From a virus (taxonomy: Duplodnaviria; Heunggongvirae; Uroviricota; Caudoviricetes), in the IMG/VR virus record IMGVR_UViG_3300031555_003801, positions 64,001 to 128,000 of that record: a stretch of DNA of 64,000 nt. One strand, written 5' to 3'. Made by a program: the position numbers and the translations under genes. Shown here one piece after another: positions 46,201-58,307 of the stretch. Under the pieces are notes generated by a model, which had not been told where the DNA came from, did no database searches, and saw only the letters and a list, made by a program, of their open reading frames with translations. How positions within the stretch are numbered: position 1 is the stretch's first letter; each line of letters opens with the position of its first letter.

Positions 46201-49200
46201 TATCTGTATTAATACCATCATCATCATTTAATTGAGATTCAGCAATAATAGTATCTTCAGTTTCAAGATTTGTTGTGCTACTATAAGCGTTACGAATAAT
46301 TCCACCATCAGGTGCTTTAAAACCCATGAACTATCTTTCAGTAGTTCGCTTCCATCCTTTACCATTAATAAAATTAACAAAACCACTAACCTAAATTTCT
46401 TCATAAATAGGTTCTAATTGCATTCCTTCAAAGCCTCGCATAGTGAGATACTCTTGTAGTTTTTCAGCGGACATTTTACCATTTTTTACCATCTCTTCTA
46501 ATTGAGGGTATAAATTAGATAAATCTACTGAAGCATCAAGATTTATGCCTTCTAACTATGCATCTAACTAATCAAGAACACTCTGTATTTCAGGCTCTAT
46601 TTGATCTTCTGGATTTTCAATTAATCCTAAATCAAATAATATTTCTGGCTAATCTTTTTCTATTCCTTTAAACTTCTACTTTAATTCATTTAAAGAATCT
46701 GCGTTTCCATTAATTGCCTAATCAATTAAATCAAGATTTCGTTTAATTGTATTAACATCTAAAGCTTCTGCTTGTTTTTCACTTAAATCAAGCATATCTA
46801 CTAGAGTAGTTTTAACTGTATTATAACCTTCTGACGCGCGGATATTGTCATAAGTTTCTTCAGTTGCATCAGAAATTGCTTCTTTTAATTCTTTCCAAGG
46901 TCCTGCCTATAAAGTTTTTGCTTTCGCCCAAACATCTTTACTTTTCTAAACAGCTTTTTGATATTTTCCAAGCTCAGTTTCAGCTTTCTTTATTGCAATA
47001 GCAGTTTCTTTCCACCTAATAGCAGAATCTTCTACATTTGAAACCTCTTCTTCTTTATTAGCAGTTCCATCTTCATTTTCTTTATAATACTTACTACCAT
47101 CTTTAACAATACCATATGCTTCCATATAGTCGTTAATAGCTTGGTCAATACTAGTTCCATCAGAAATAGATCTTGAAGCAATTGCTTCATCAGCCTATGC
47201 TTTTACATCTTCAGAAATTTGATTAATTAAATCACTTCGATATTCTTTATCAATATTATTTTCTTCACCATAAACAAAACTACTAATTGCTGAATTTTGT
47301 AAAATAGAATCTTCTAATTGACCCTCATAAGCTTCAGTATTTTCTTCCGTTGCATTTCTTAATTTTAATATTGCTTCCTATAATTCTTTATTTGATGCAA
47401 TTTGTTCTGCTACACTTGAACTTATACCTGCTTTTTCTAAATCTTTAGCACTCTCTAATGTTAATGAAGGCTTTAATTTTAAAGTAGCTAATAAATCTTC
47501 TATTTCAGTTTCAGTTAGATTCTAGCCATTACTTTTATATTTTTCTTCATAAAGTATTTCTTCTTTTAAAGCTTTAGTTTCAGCTTCTTTAACTTCATAA
47601 TCTGCGCTACTAACTGCTAAAGAACCTTCAACCATTCGACGTTCATTTTCCGCTTTTATTTTGGCTTCGCCTTCAGGGGTGAATACTTTAACGCCTTCAG
47701 AATTTCTAAAATAATCTTTACCTTCAATTAAATTATATTCATCAGCAATATCTTGAACTTCTTGATTAATTTCTTGTAATTTAGTTCTCCATTCAGCCGT
47801 ACCTTTGGTTAATTTTTCTAATTCTGAATATTTATCACCGAGGTTATCCATAGTATTTTCAACATCTTCAATTGCGCTTTTGATGTTTTCAAAACTATCT
47901 GTAACTGCATCTAAAGTATTTTTAGTCTTTTCATAATCTTCTCTAAAGAAATTAATTTTATTTTTATGAGCATTAATTAAACCAATTACTAATCCAATAG
48001 CAGCAGCTACTGCGGCGAGAATAAGAGTAATTTGCCACATAGATAATTGTAAGCCAATGTTTGCCGCTATTTGAGCTCTTGTAGCTTTAGTCCAACCTTT
48101 AGTAATAATTTCATTTGCAAGTTTAGCTTTAGTTTCTTCATTTATTCTTAATGTAGTTAACGCTTCTAAAATTACTGCTTTTTGTTTTTCTCTATTAGAT
48201 TTATTAGTTAAAGCTATGGTAGCTATCTAAGCAATAGCATTCTTTTGCTCAGAATTACTTCTTAACTTCATAGCTGCATTTAACGCTAATTCAGAAGCAG
48301 TCAATGTTTTTATATTATTAGCTAATCCAATAATACTAGAAGACATCATTGAAAGTGTCATCATTAAAGAAATTGCTTTTTCTAAACCACTAACTTCTGG
48401 ATTATTTAATGTATCCCAAGCAGATTTAATACTTGAAGCAAGCATTGCAACAGAACCTAATCCAGCGGCAAAAGCAGTTAATGCTTCTGCTGTTTTTACT
48501 ATATGAACAGGCTTAATACTATCCATAGTTGTTTGAATTCGTGCTATGGCTTCTTCTGTTGTTAATCCTTGGTCTTTTAATTCTTTAAGTTTTTTCTTTG
48601 CTTCTCTTAATGTTTCTGGTTTTACACCCACTGAAATTAAAGTAGCATCTAAATCTTCTGTTGCTATTTCTGCCTTATTAATTATTTTTATTAATTCCTA
48701 AATATTATTAAAAAGTCTATTCCTATTATTACCTGAAGAATTAATTTTTTCTAAAGTTTCCTAAAATCTTTGTGTATTAGTTATTGTTTCTGGTAATGAA
48801 GCGGCATATATATCTATTGAAGAAATTACTTCCCTCGTATTCATTTTTTGATTCTATAAATCAGTTGAAAGAGTATTTAAAGAATTTATAGTTCCTGCAA
48901 ATAAATCTGAACCTTTTAACTTTGCACTTTCTTGAGCTTCCTGATATAAATACCATTTTTCAGTTAAAGATTTTAAATTAATTTCTAAAGCATCTGCTGC
49001 AACAATCTAAGCATCAAAAGTTGCTTCATATACTTCTTGTGAGGCTGTTCTATTTGAATTATTAAGATATTCTCTTTCCTAGTTGGCTGCTTGATTAATT
49101 CTTTTATCAGAAAATTTAAAGCCCTATTCAGCATTTTCTTGAATCTACTGTCTAAGTTCTTCTTCTCTTTTTATTAATTCAAGAACTTCTTGATGCTATA

Positions 49201-50971
49201 ACTATAATCCTTCAATGGCCATTTCAGCCTAAGCTCTTTCAGAATCACTTAAATTTTTATTAACTATATTTAGTTGATTTTTTACCTGAATTAATTGTTG
49301 CGCATTAATTAATTCTTGTTTCTATATTTTATCAAAATTTGTGCTTCCTTTAATTCCATCAATTGTATTGATAGTTTCATCATTAATTTTATTATATGCC
49401 GCTTGTGCGCCACCTGTCATAACTTTAACATTTAAAGCTAAATCTTGTAATGCAGGACCAATCTTTGTCTTTGCCATACTAAGAACAACAGTTCCAAGTC
49501 CTAATAAGACAGTCTTCATTCCTCCAATACTATCAATAAAATTATCTACTCCATCAATAAGATCCGCAAGTTGATTATAAACATCTATGAAAAATTCATC
49601 ATCAATCATATCTGAATAAATTGCTTCTAAAGATGCTCTAACTCTATTGCTTGCAGCCTCCCAAGATTCAGCATAAATATCTGCTTGTTCATCAAGAGAA
49701 CCAGATGCACCCATTGCTCTACCAAGATTTTTTTGCATAGCATCCCAATTATCCATAAGAGATACTAATTGATTATATTGACGAATACCAGCTACAGTTT
49801 GCGCTAAACCTACTTTTTGCGCACGATTTAACATTCCCCATTTTTCGCCCATATCATCTAAAATTTCATCCATATCTCTTAGATTTCTATTGGCATCAAA
49901 AATTTCAATACCATATTGCGCAAGAGCTGAAGAATATTTATTTAAATCTAAACCGTCTTCTGTTTCTTCACCCATTTTTAGACCTTGAATACGAGCAAAA
50001 ATTGTTTTTAATGCTGTACCAACAACATCTTCGCTTTGACGAGTTTTATCAATAATTGTAGTTAATGCTGCTGTTGCATATTCATAGCTTAAACCAATTG
50101 TACTACCAACTGCTGCAAACTTTTCTAAACCATTTGCAATTTCTGCTGAACTAGCTGCAGTTTCTGCTCCGAGTTTAGTAATTACATCTGCAAAATATTC
50201 TAATGACTTACTACCATCATCAAAGTTGTTCCAAATTGCAGTCATATATGATGAAACATCTTCTGCATTTTCACCTGTTACATTTGCCATTTTTACAGTA
50301 GTATCAGTTCTCTATTGAACTTCTCTATCTGCTAAACCCTGTTGATAGTAAATTAATGCTGCATCAGTATATCTTGTAGTTGTGGTTCCTAGCGCTTTTG
50401 CAGCTTTATTAGCTTTCTCCGCAAATACTGCCATTTCATCTGCACTTGCACTTGTAACAATTCTAATATCATTTAAAGATTCATTTAAATCTTGAGCATA
50501 GTAATAAGCTGTCTAAATAGAACCTTGTAATCCATGTAGAAAACTTGAAGAAACCTGCCATCTAGCAGTATTTTTTAAAGTAATCCACATTTCAGATAAA
50601 TGCTTATTAACTTTTAAAACTGGCTAATCAGCAGTAGAAATTGCTTGTGCCAATTTAATAAATGCTTGCTAACCAGTTGTACCTGCTTTTACTAATTCCG
50701 CAGACAATGCCGAAATATTCTAATTAGATTTCTATAAACTTGCATTTAATTTACTTAAATCATAATTTCCAGTATTTTTATTATATGCCTATCCTAAATG
50801 AAAGGCTAAATCTTTTGCAGCCTAAGAAGCAGCTTTAATAGAATCACTACTAACTTTAATATCATTGCCATAAGCAACTTTTGTCAATAGATTAGATAGT
50901 TCCTAAATCTACGTCTTGGCCTGAGAAGTATTGGCCGTAAAATTTAAAGCAACATTTAAATTTTTTGACAT
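43253..50971 (-). CDS. Tail tape measure protein (2572 aa; TP901-type core); very many TAG
   Basis: Six track ORFs share one frame; ATG at 50971 follows AAAGGAG. Core motif LNESLNDIRIVT..MA.FA..AN.AAK.LG.TT..Y..AALIYYQQG..ANVTG; C-terminal SYDTGGYTG.WG..GKLA.LH.KE.VLN. Confidence 0.92.
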
Positions 50972-51028
50972 ATTTTACTCCTTTCTCTCTAATATTATTT
51001 ATATATTTTTTACTTTGCAAAATAAAAA

Positions 51029-51064
51029 AATGGTGATTAGAGTAATTATACTCTAATCACCATT
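51029..51064 (-). terminator. Intrinsic terminator
   Basis: 16-bp inverted repeat AATGGTGATTAGAGTA / TACTCTAATCACCATT with a T run on the minus strand. Confidence 0.85.
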
Positions 51065-51098
51065 ACTCCTATTAAAAATAAAAAATCTTAATAATCTA

Positions 51099-51626
51099 TT
51101 AACCTAACTTGGTTAATACATCTTTTAATAGTGTTAATTGTTCTGGATCTGCAAGTTTTTCGTGAATTGATTCCGCATCTAATTTTAAATTACTATAATC
51201 CTCTGAAACAGTATCTAAAATACCCATTACAGAATTTTTATAACTATAAATAGCATTAATAGTTTCATAAATCCATTTTTGAATTTGCTGATATTCATAT
51301 GGATTAATTGTTTCTCCAATAATTTTACCAGATAAACCACTACTTACAAATAAATCATATAACTTTGCAATATCTTCTTTTTGTTTTTCAGTTACAGAAA
51401 TATTTGTATATGCTAAAATAACTTCAATAATAGTATAAATATAAACCCTCATAGGATTATAATAACCATTATTATCAATAGAATTATTTATAACAGTAGA
51501 TACTAAATCTAATTTTTCACTCATAGGTAAATAATCTTTTACTTCGATTTTTTGATCATTCCATTCAACAATGGATACATCAGAATTTTTTACAAGACCA
51601 AGCTTTGTAAATGATACTTTTGCCAT
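51099..51626 (-). CDS. Conserved phage protein preceding the tape measure gene (possible tail assembly chaperone); no TAG
   Basis: Complete ORF MAKVSFTKLGL..IEVKDYLP..KLDLVS..LTLLKDVLTKLG, with its own promoter and terminator. Confidence 0.7.
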   Translation of the reverse strand: MAKVSFTKLGLVKNSDVSIVEWNDQKIEVKDYLPMSEKLDLVSTVINNSIDNNGYYNPMRVYIYTIIEVILAYTNISVTEKQKEDIAKLYDLFVSSGLSGKIIGETINPYEYQQIQKWIYETINAIYSYKNSVMGILDTVSEDYSNLKLDAESIHEKLADPEQLTLLKDVLTKLG

Positions 51627-51654
51627 TATAATTCTCCTTTATCTCTTTTTAATT

Positions 51655-51683
51655 AGTATATCATATTTTTTCTTTCTTGTCAA
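51655..51683 (-). promoter_or_regulatory. sigmaA-type promoter with extended -10
   Basis: TTGACA, 17-nt spacer ending TGA, TATACT; upstream of the ATG at 51626. Confidence 0.85.
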
Positions 51684-53259
51684 AAAAAACTTCTTTATTA
51701 ATCTAAACAGAAAAATTCTTTGAATTAATATCTGCTAACATAGATGCAATTCGTTTATAACCTGTTTTAAAATTTTTTGGTCCTTCAACATAATTATTTT
51801 TCCATTCTGGATTCATTAAATCATTTATTCCATCTATTTTAATATTTAATAATTCTAAATTATTTTCTATTTTATTTAATAAATCATTTATAAAATAAAT
51901 TTTATATCCACCTTTATTATTGCCATGATAATTTACAACGAATACTTCAGCCATTTCCTCTCTAGAGAAATCCTAACCCTTTTTTTTACTCCAAGTTCCC
52001 CCTGCTAAAGCGTGTAAAGCAATTGTTTGTTTTAAAGTTTCATGAGCCTAATCTAATAAAGAACTTGAAGGATGTTTATCTTTATGATCAGCAGTTACAT
52101 TCAAATAATGATTAGCAAAAACAGGATAATCCTAAATATAACTTAATATATCTGCTCCTTTTAAAACTGAAAAATCAGCATTTGTAATATCATAATTTTT
52201 TATAGAAGCAGGAATAATATCATTTTCATCGAAAGTAAAATTTGCATCTATTTTATTTTCTGTATACACTAATTTTAAGTTTGCATTATTATAAGTCTTT
52301 TTTAAATATTCTTTATTATTGCCACCAATATATCTTCTTTTATCCATCTATTTCGCAGAACGCTCTACTTTTTTTCTAGAGTAATTTACACCACCTGCAA
52401 TATCACTAACAATATCTTCAATATTTTTAGTTAAATCATTTACTTCATTTGCAATCATATAGTTTGCTACTGCAAATGTGATTTTAGGAATTTCTTCGCC
52501 TATAACACCAAGCATATGAGAGCTTGTATAATTTTTTAGATAAGTAGATGTTTCATTTAATAATTCAATAAAGCTTTGATGTTTATCTGTTTTTAAATCA
52601 AATTTACCTTTTTCTTTTTTATCTTCTAATTCTTTATAAGCCTAATTTAATTCTTCAACTTTTTGAATAAATTCTCTTTCTGTAGCACCTTTTTTAATAT
52701 TTGCTGCAACTGCATTTCTTACCTATTCAATTACTTTAAGTCTTTGCTAAATAGCTTCCCACTTAGTATAATCTTTAAAAGCATCTTTTTCTTCTACTCT
52801 TTTAATACCCAATCTTGTTCGTGCTCTTTTAACTTCTTCATAAGATAGATTTCCTTCTGGGGTTGAAAGAGAACCTGTTTTAACCATATTCATAATTGTA
52901 CTTAATGTTTCTTTCATAAAAACATTTAAATCTTCATAATTAATATCTTTAACCCCTTTACTTTGAAGATCTGTCGTATTTTGAAATATATTTATTACAG
53001 CTTCTTGTAAAATTTCAAGTTCTTTTTCTGTCCAATCTTTATTTTTAACAGTTGTTCCTTCTTTTGCAAAAAATAAATTTAATGTATCTTCAAGCTATTG
53101 AATTTGTTCTCTATTTCTTTTTTTAGGATAAAGTCTTTTTAAAAGTTTTTTCTGTGCTTTAAAAACCTAAGATGCATTTACCTAGGCTGGAGTATTATAA
53201 GAAATTCCATACTATTCAAAATTATCATAATTATAATGAATATAATCACCTATTAGCAT
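51661..53259 (-). CDS. Hypothetical tail-region protein (532 aa); several TAG
   Basis: AAAGGAGG RBS. Reads MLIGDYIHYNYDNFE*YGI and is in frame with track ORFs 51703 and 52132; first non-TAG stop is TGA at 51661. Confidence 0.7.
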
Positions 53260-53293
53260 TTAAAAACCTCCTTTTACGCATAATAAAAAAAAT

Positions 53294-53319
53294 GGGAGAA
53301 GATATAAATATCTCCTCCC
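53294..53319 (-). terminator. Intrinsic terminator after the major tail protein gene
   Basis: GGGAGGAGATAT / ATATCTTCTCCC followed by a T run. Confidence 0.85.
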
Positions 53320-53333
53320 TTAATTTGTTTTAA

Positions 53334-54278
53334 TTAATCAAAATACTTTTCTTGTTCATCCCAGTCTTCACCAGTCTGAGCAGCAGTATGAGTTCTCTTG
53401 ATATCCATAGATCCAGCAGTATCAATAATTTGAATAGCTGCTAATACTTTCTTAGTCTTATCAAATCTAGTATAATCTGGGAATGCATCCATTGTAAATG
53501 TAAATGTGGATGGATCTCCAGAAGAAGCCATTGTAAATGTAAAGTTAGACTGAATCTTACAGTTAGGAATTATAAATTCTGCTGGCATATCAACACCATT
53601 AGTATCTCTGAATAAAGTAGATGCTTCAAGATAATAGTTACCACCAAACTTATCTGGAGTAATTTCAATTTGTTGAGCACCGGATTTCTTTTCAGTATAA
53701 TAGTCAACTAATACTACGCAACCATCATAGAAGTATTTTAAATCATCTGTAGGTTTTAAAGTAATCTTATTGCCTTCTACTGTTTGTGGAATATAAGGTT
53801 CAGTTACAACTTCACCATTTTCCATTAACATTACATAAATATAATCTTCACCAGCCTGATTAAATGGCGCTTCATCAAGAGTAATAGTTACTCCAGAAAC
53901 AGAATAATTTACTTCACCATAAGTACCATTTTCAGCAACTTCAACTTTATCAGTTTGTTCAATCTGATGAACTTTGATAGTTCTTTCTTCGCTTGCTTCA
54001 ATTAATCCTGCACCAGAAAGAATCATAAATCCAGCAGGAGAGATTAAAGCATCTTCCATTGTAAAAGTAACAGTTCTTTCACCTTCCCAAGCAATTAAAC
54101 GAGAGTTACCTCTACCACCCTGAGCATATACAGTAGTAGCTGCACCTTCAAGAGTGGAAGTCTTTAAAGTATCGAAATAACAAACTGGTTCATTTTTATA
54201 GAAGATTTTATTACCAACTCTTTGTGCTGCTTTCGCCTTTAACACAACATCGCATATTTCACGAACACCAAATTTCAT
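53334..54278 (-). CDS. Major tail (tube) protein; no TAG
   Basis: Reads MKFGVREICDV..YFDTLKTS..GGRGN.RLI.W.GE..TF..EDAL..FTMASSGDPSTFTFTMDAF. Position upstream of the TMP and a strong terminator fit this call. Confidence 0.75.
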   Translation of the reverse strand: MKFGVREICDVVLKAKAAQRVGNKIFYKNEPVCYFDTLKTSTLEGAATTVYAQGGRGNSRLIAWEGERTVTFTMEDALISPAGFMILSGAGLIEASEERTIKVHQIEQTDKVEVAENGTYGEVNYSVSGVTITLDEAPFNQAGEDYIYVMLMENGEVVTEPYIPQTVEGNKITLKPTDDLKYFYDGCVVLVDYYTEKKSGAQQIEITPDKFGGNYYLEASTLFRDTNGVDMPAEFIIPNCKIQSNFTFTMASSGDPSTFTFTMDAFPDYTRFDKTKKVLAAIQIIDTAGSMDIKRTHTAAQTGEDWDEQEKYFD

Positions 54279-54310
54279 GGTATATATTCCTCCTTAATAA
54301 TTATCATTAT

Positions 54311-55039
54311 TTAATGGATATTTTTCATCCAATTGTCAGGTTTATCATCAGGTTTTCCTCCCGCTAACCGTGACCTTAAATCAATATCCCAATTAATATA
54401 TAGCTAATATCTTTCCATTAAATCATATAATTGATAAACAGTTAAGTTCATACAATCTTCCAATGACATTGAGTTTAATCCAATAGTCAAAGTAGAAATA
54501 TACTAACTAAATAAACTACCTTGCGTTTCGCCTTTTTGTGCCGCAACACGCGAACGTCCTCGCATTAATTTTTCAGCTATTTCTTTTGCTTTTTTATCTG
54601 CGGGATTAAAGGTAGTCTAGTTCATAGAACTAGAATTAAAACAAAAAATTGTCTTTACTACATCCTATAAAAATTCAAAATTTGTTTCATCCACTGCCTT
54701 TGGCTGTTCTCCCTCAGCAATGAACATCAAAGATCTTGGAGTAAAACTAATTTTGTATTTTGGGAACATTATTTGAAATAACTATTGCACTGCTACCTTT
54801 TTATCTATGGTTTCAGGCTAAGTCATTATCGTCATAAATATCTAAAAATTATTAGAAATCTCTAAAAGACTTTCGTCCTAATTAATTAAATTTTTATTTA
54901 TATTAAAACATTGACTTCCAATTAAAAAATCTTCTTCACCTATTAGAGCAATTTCTTTTATTTTAGGCTAATGTATTATTAGCTAACATTCTGGTATTGG
55001 TATATCAGTTCCGCACATTAAAGCAAGTCTAATATCCAT
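54311..55039 (-). CDS. Tail assembly chaperone-like protein; 10 TAG; absent from ORF track
   Basis: Reads MDIRLALMCGTDIPIPEC*LIIH*PKIKEIALIGE..NPADKKAKEIAEKLMRGR..LTVYQLYDLMERY..AGGKPD..NWMKNIH-TAA. Confidence 0.65.
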
Positions 55040-55629
55040 TAATTATCATTGAATATTTCATCAAAATTAATATCAATATCTTCCTAATCATTTTTATTAG
55101 GAGAATCAATTTTATCATCTTCACCATGAATTGCGCTATACATCATAGTAAATCCCGCAAATTCATCATTAACAGGTAGCTTTTTACCACCCAAGAACTA
55201 TAATTCACCAATTCCACTTAAATGACGATTATTAAATAAAGTATCAATTTCTGCCGCAATCTTATAAGGACGAAGCTAGAAATTATCCATTTGCCACTAA
55301 TCAAAATGGCAAATAATATCAAAAGTAATTATATTATCTCTAAATTCTGGATTTGAACTATTTGGAATAAAATTATCAAATCCAATAATTATATAATTTA
55401 AAACATCTTTATCCACATAAAGTTTAGGAACCATTCTAATCTGACCTTCTTCAAGAAGAGATAAACTTTCATCTTCTGTAAGATTTGGTTTTGTTAAAGC
55501 ATCTCTTGTTGTATAATAAAGTAATCTTTTTAATCTATTATTTTTAAGCATCTGATCTATAATAATTCCCATGTCTTTTTCAATTGAAAGAAAACTTGAT
55601 TGTGGATACTAATATGTTAATTTTTTCAT
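55039..55629 (-). CDS. Putative tail terminator / completion protein; 5 TAG
   Basis: AAAGGAG RBS. Reads SSFLSIEKDM..II..L.N.RLKRLLYY..FDIICHFD*W..LRPYKIAAEID..GIGEL*F. Confidence 0.6.
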
Positions 55630-55646
55630 AAAAACTCCTTTTTCAC

Positions 55647-56720
55647 TTAAAATAAAGATTCTACTACAATAGTTTTAATTTCTATTTCTCCTCGATTATC
55701 TTTAAACTATAAATCAAACTAACCGCTATAACTACTAGTCCATTTAAGTGCTATACTTCCACTGTCAATTTCATATTCAATTGGAAGTTTATCATCAAGA
55801 ATCCATTCTCCTGCTTTATAATGAGTATAAGTATAAGTTTTCTTTGGCTTAATAAATCCTTCACCTTGAATTTTTCTACTCGATACAACAGAATTTTCTA
55901 ATTTAAACATAGTTAAACCATCTACTATCTAATTTTCAACATCATCTGTGTCTTTATTAATATAATATTCAACAGCATTAAATTGAATAATATCTGGCAT
56001 ACTATAAGCATCAACTGCTTCAATACGCCAAGTAACAGTATTTAAACCATCAGATAATAAAAATTTAGCATAGCGTTTACACCAAGCAAGAGTATCTTTA
56101 TTTTTTGGAATCATCATATTTAAAGAATAATTAGGTAAATCAAAACTTGTTCCATGTTTTTGAATATACTCTATTTTAGTTTCTACTGGACCACGAACAG
56201 CAGCATAAGTATATTTTATATTGCCTTCATCATCTTTCCAAGCTATTTTATAAGAACATTTTCTTATATCTCCTTTAAAATATGCTAATTCAGTTAAATC
56301 TTGTAAATATATTAACCAGTAGGTATCAGTTCCTATCCATTCAAATACATCCCCTGTTTTAAGGTTAAACTCGTACCCAACTGAAATTATCTTATCATCA
56401 TAGTCCGGTTTTAATTTATTTGGATTTATAAGCGCATTATTTTTATTAGGAATTCTTTCTGCGCCTATACCTAAATATTCCGGAATATATTTTCGCACTT
56501 TGGCGCCCTAATATGAATATAAAACAGCTCTATCCAAAGTTCGACGCTTATCTTTTATCATTCGATCTTGTTGTGCGTGTCCGCCAGCAGCATATAAATA
56601 TTTTGCTAGCATATTAACTCCTCGAACTGAAGAAGGAGTAAAACCTGTTTCTGGCATTTCTATTAACTACTATTCAGCTTCATTCCAAATAAAAAAGCCA
56701 TTATTAGTTGGATTATTCAT
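55647..56720 (-). CDS. Putative head-closure / head-tail joining protein (start could be ATG 56612); several TAG
   Basis: Reads QQDRMIKDKRRTLDRAVLYSY*GA..NPNKLKPDYDDKIISV..GDVFEW..WLIYLQDLTELAYF.G.IRKC. Track ORFs 55719 and 55929 are in frame. Confidence 0.6.
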
Positions 56721-57015
56721 TTTTTAATTCCTATAATAAATTAATAGTTTCAAAAACTGTTTTTCGATATAAAGAAAAATCTATATCTTCAACAACCTTT
56801 AAACCTTCTAATTTTGCCAATAACTATATAAAAAGTGGATTTAAAAAAAACACTTCTTTTAAACCCACTATTTCAATAATTACTGTATCTAATTGTTTTT
56901 GCCAGTCCTCATTGTTTTCACGCATTGGAATTAATTTCCATAATTGATTTGTTAAGCGAATAACATATTTTTTAATAACATCTTTTGAAAATTCAAAATC
57001 ATATTTTGTAATCAT
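56713..57015 (-). CDS. Conserved neck-region hypothetical protein; 2 TAG
   Basis: ATGA overlap with the upstream gene. Reads RLTNQLWKLIPMREN.EDW.KQL..LLAKLEGL..YRKTVFE.I.LL. Confidence 0.7.
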
Positions 57016-57584
57016 TGCTGACCAAACCAACTCCAAGTTGATTCATATTTTCCTTTTTCATTTAGTTGTCTACGTTTATATAATCTCTACATGTGATGAG
57101 ACTATCTTTGACATTCTTTTAATAATGCTTGTAATTTTGCTAAATGATTAGCTTGAGATGTCATTTTAAAATCTGTTCCGCTATATTTCATACGAGTATT
57201 TTCAATAGAAGTAACTTGTCTTTGTAACCAAGCTTCCATCATTAAAATAGCTAAAATATTCATTTCTTCTGCAGTCAGTTCTTCTGCAAAAGTAGAGCGT
57301 TCTACTAAAACTTTCATTGGCTCATTTGGCATATTTTCATTAACCACTTCAGCCCATAAAGTCCCAATAATAAAATCTCCTGCCTATACTTCTGACTATT
57401 CAACAGCTTCTGTTTTTATTATATAGTCATATAAATTTTTTCGAGGAAATTCAAAACCAGGTATAATATCAGTAAGAAGACGCTATAAATCTTTTATCGT
57501 ATCCTATGGAGTTAATTCCATGTACATATCGTCTGTAATTTTTCCAAGAAAGCGATCATAAATAGCTGTAAAATTAGTACCCAA
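57012..57584 (-). CDS. Putative head-tail adaptor (connector) protein; TTG start, at least 6 TAG, TGA stop
   Basis: AAAGGAGG RBS. Reads MGTNFTAIYDRFLGKITDDMY..LT.EE.NILA.LM..WL.RQ..S.EN.RMKYSG.DFK..SQANHL. Confidence 0.65.
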
Positions 57585-57607
57585 CTATTTGACCTCCTTT
57601 GTTTTAA

Positions 57608-58213
57608 TTACTTACTTACTACGTTATATTTAGGAAGAGGTTTAGCCATTTCTTCAACAGTCATGTCCTGATAAGAAACATCTGTTCTACGTCTTCCATT
57701 TGTTGATTGGGCCTTAGGAGCTTCTTGCGCCTGAGCCGCAGGTGCTGTATCTTCTTCTGGAGCTAAATCTGCCATCTTATTCTTATAAGCAACGCTAGCA
57801 TCAAATCCAGTTCTTTCCTTTAATGCTTCAATCTTTCTTGTGTCAGTTAAAGGAAGTTCTACAGCATATAATTTAATTAAATCTATAACACCAACAGGAG
57901 CAAATTGTAAACAGTCTAAATAAGCATCAAAATCGCCATTCTTTAATAAATCGATAATCTGTTCTTCACTCATATGATATTCTACTTCTGTTGGAATACT
58001 TAATTCTTCAATAGCTCTGTTTTCACTAATCTGTAAAAAGCTAGCCATAAGTTCTCTTCCACCTGGCTGCCAACTTAACTTTTCAAGTTCTTCAAAAGGA
58101 ACTACTTTTGTTTCTCCTGGCGCAAATTCTCTACGAATTCCTAATTCTGGAATTGAATAAATTGCTTGGCTAGCACTTCTATTTTTTACTTTTAATGTTC
58201 TTACATCACTCAT
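57608..58213 (-). CDS. Conserved phage protein downstream of the major capsid gene; no TAG
   Basis: Complete ORF with AAAAGGAG RBS (VKNRS..YSIPE..RREF.PGE.K). Confidence 0.75.
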   Translation of the reverse strand: MSDVRTLKVKNRSASQAIYSIPELGIRREFAPGETKVVPFEELEKLSWQPGGRELMASFLQISENRAIEELSIPTEVEYHMSEEQIIDLLKNGDFDAYLDCLQFAPVGVIDLIKLYAVELPLTDTRKIEALKERTGFDASVAYKNKMADLAPEEDTAPAAQAQEAPKAQSTNGRRRTDVSYQDMTVEEMAKPLPKYNVVSK

Positions 58214-58248
58214 TGTTATTACTCCTTTTTCTCATAAAATAAAAAATT

Positions 58249-58272
58249 GGGGAGAGGGATTTCCCTCTCCCC
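58249..58272 (-). terminator. Intrinsic terminator after the major capsid gene
   Basis: GGGGAGAGGGA / TCCCTCTCCCC followed by AATTTTTT on the minus strand. Confidence 0.85.
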
Positions 58273-58307
58273 CAGTAAAAATCTATATTTAATTACTTTA
58301 GGTTCAA

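Noticed and set aside
51099-55039. Programmed -1 frameshift in tail assembly chaperone genes
   Set aside because: I found no overlapping ORF pair needing a shift. Both chaperone candidates end cleanly in TAA, and homopolymer runs are too common here to be informative.
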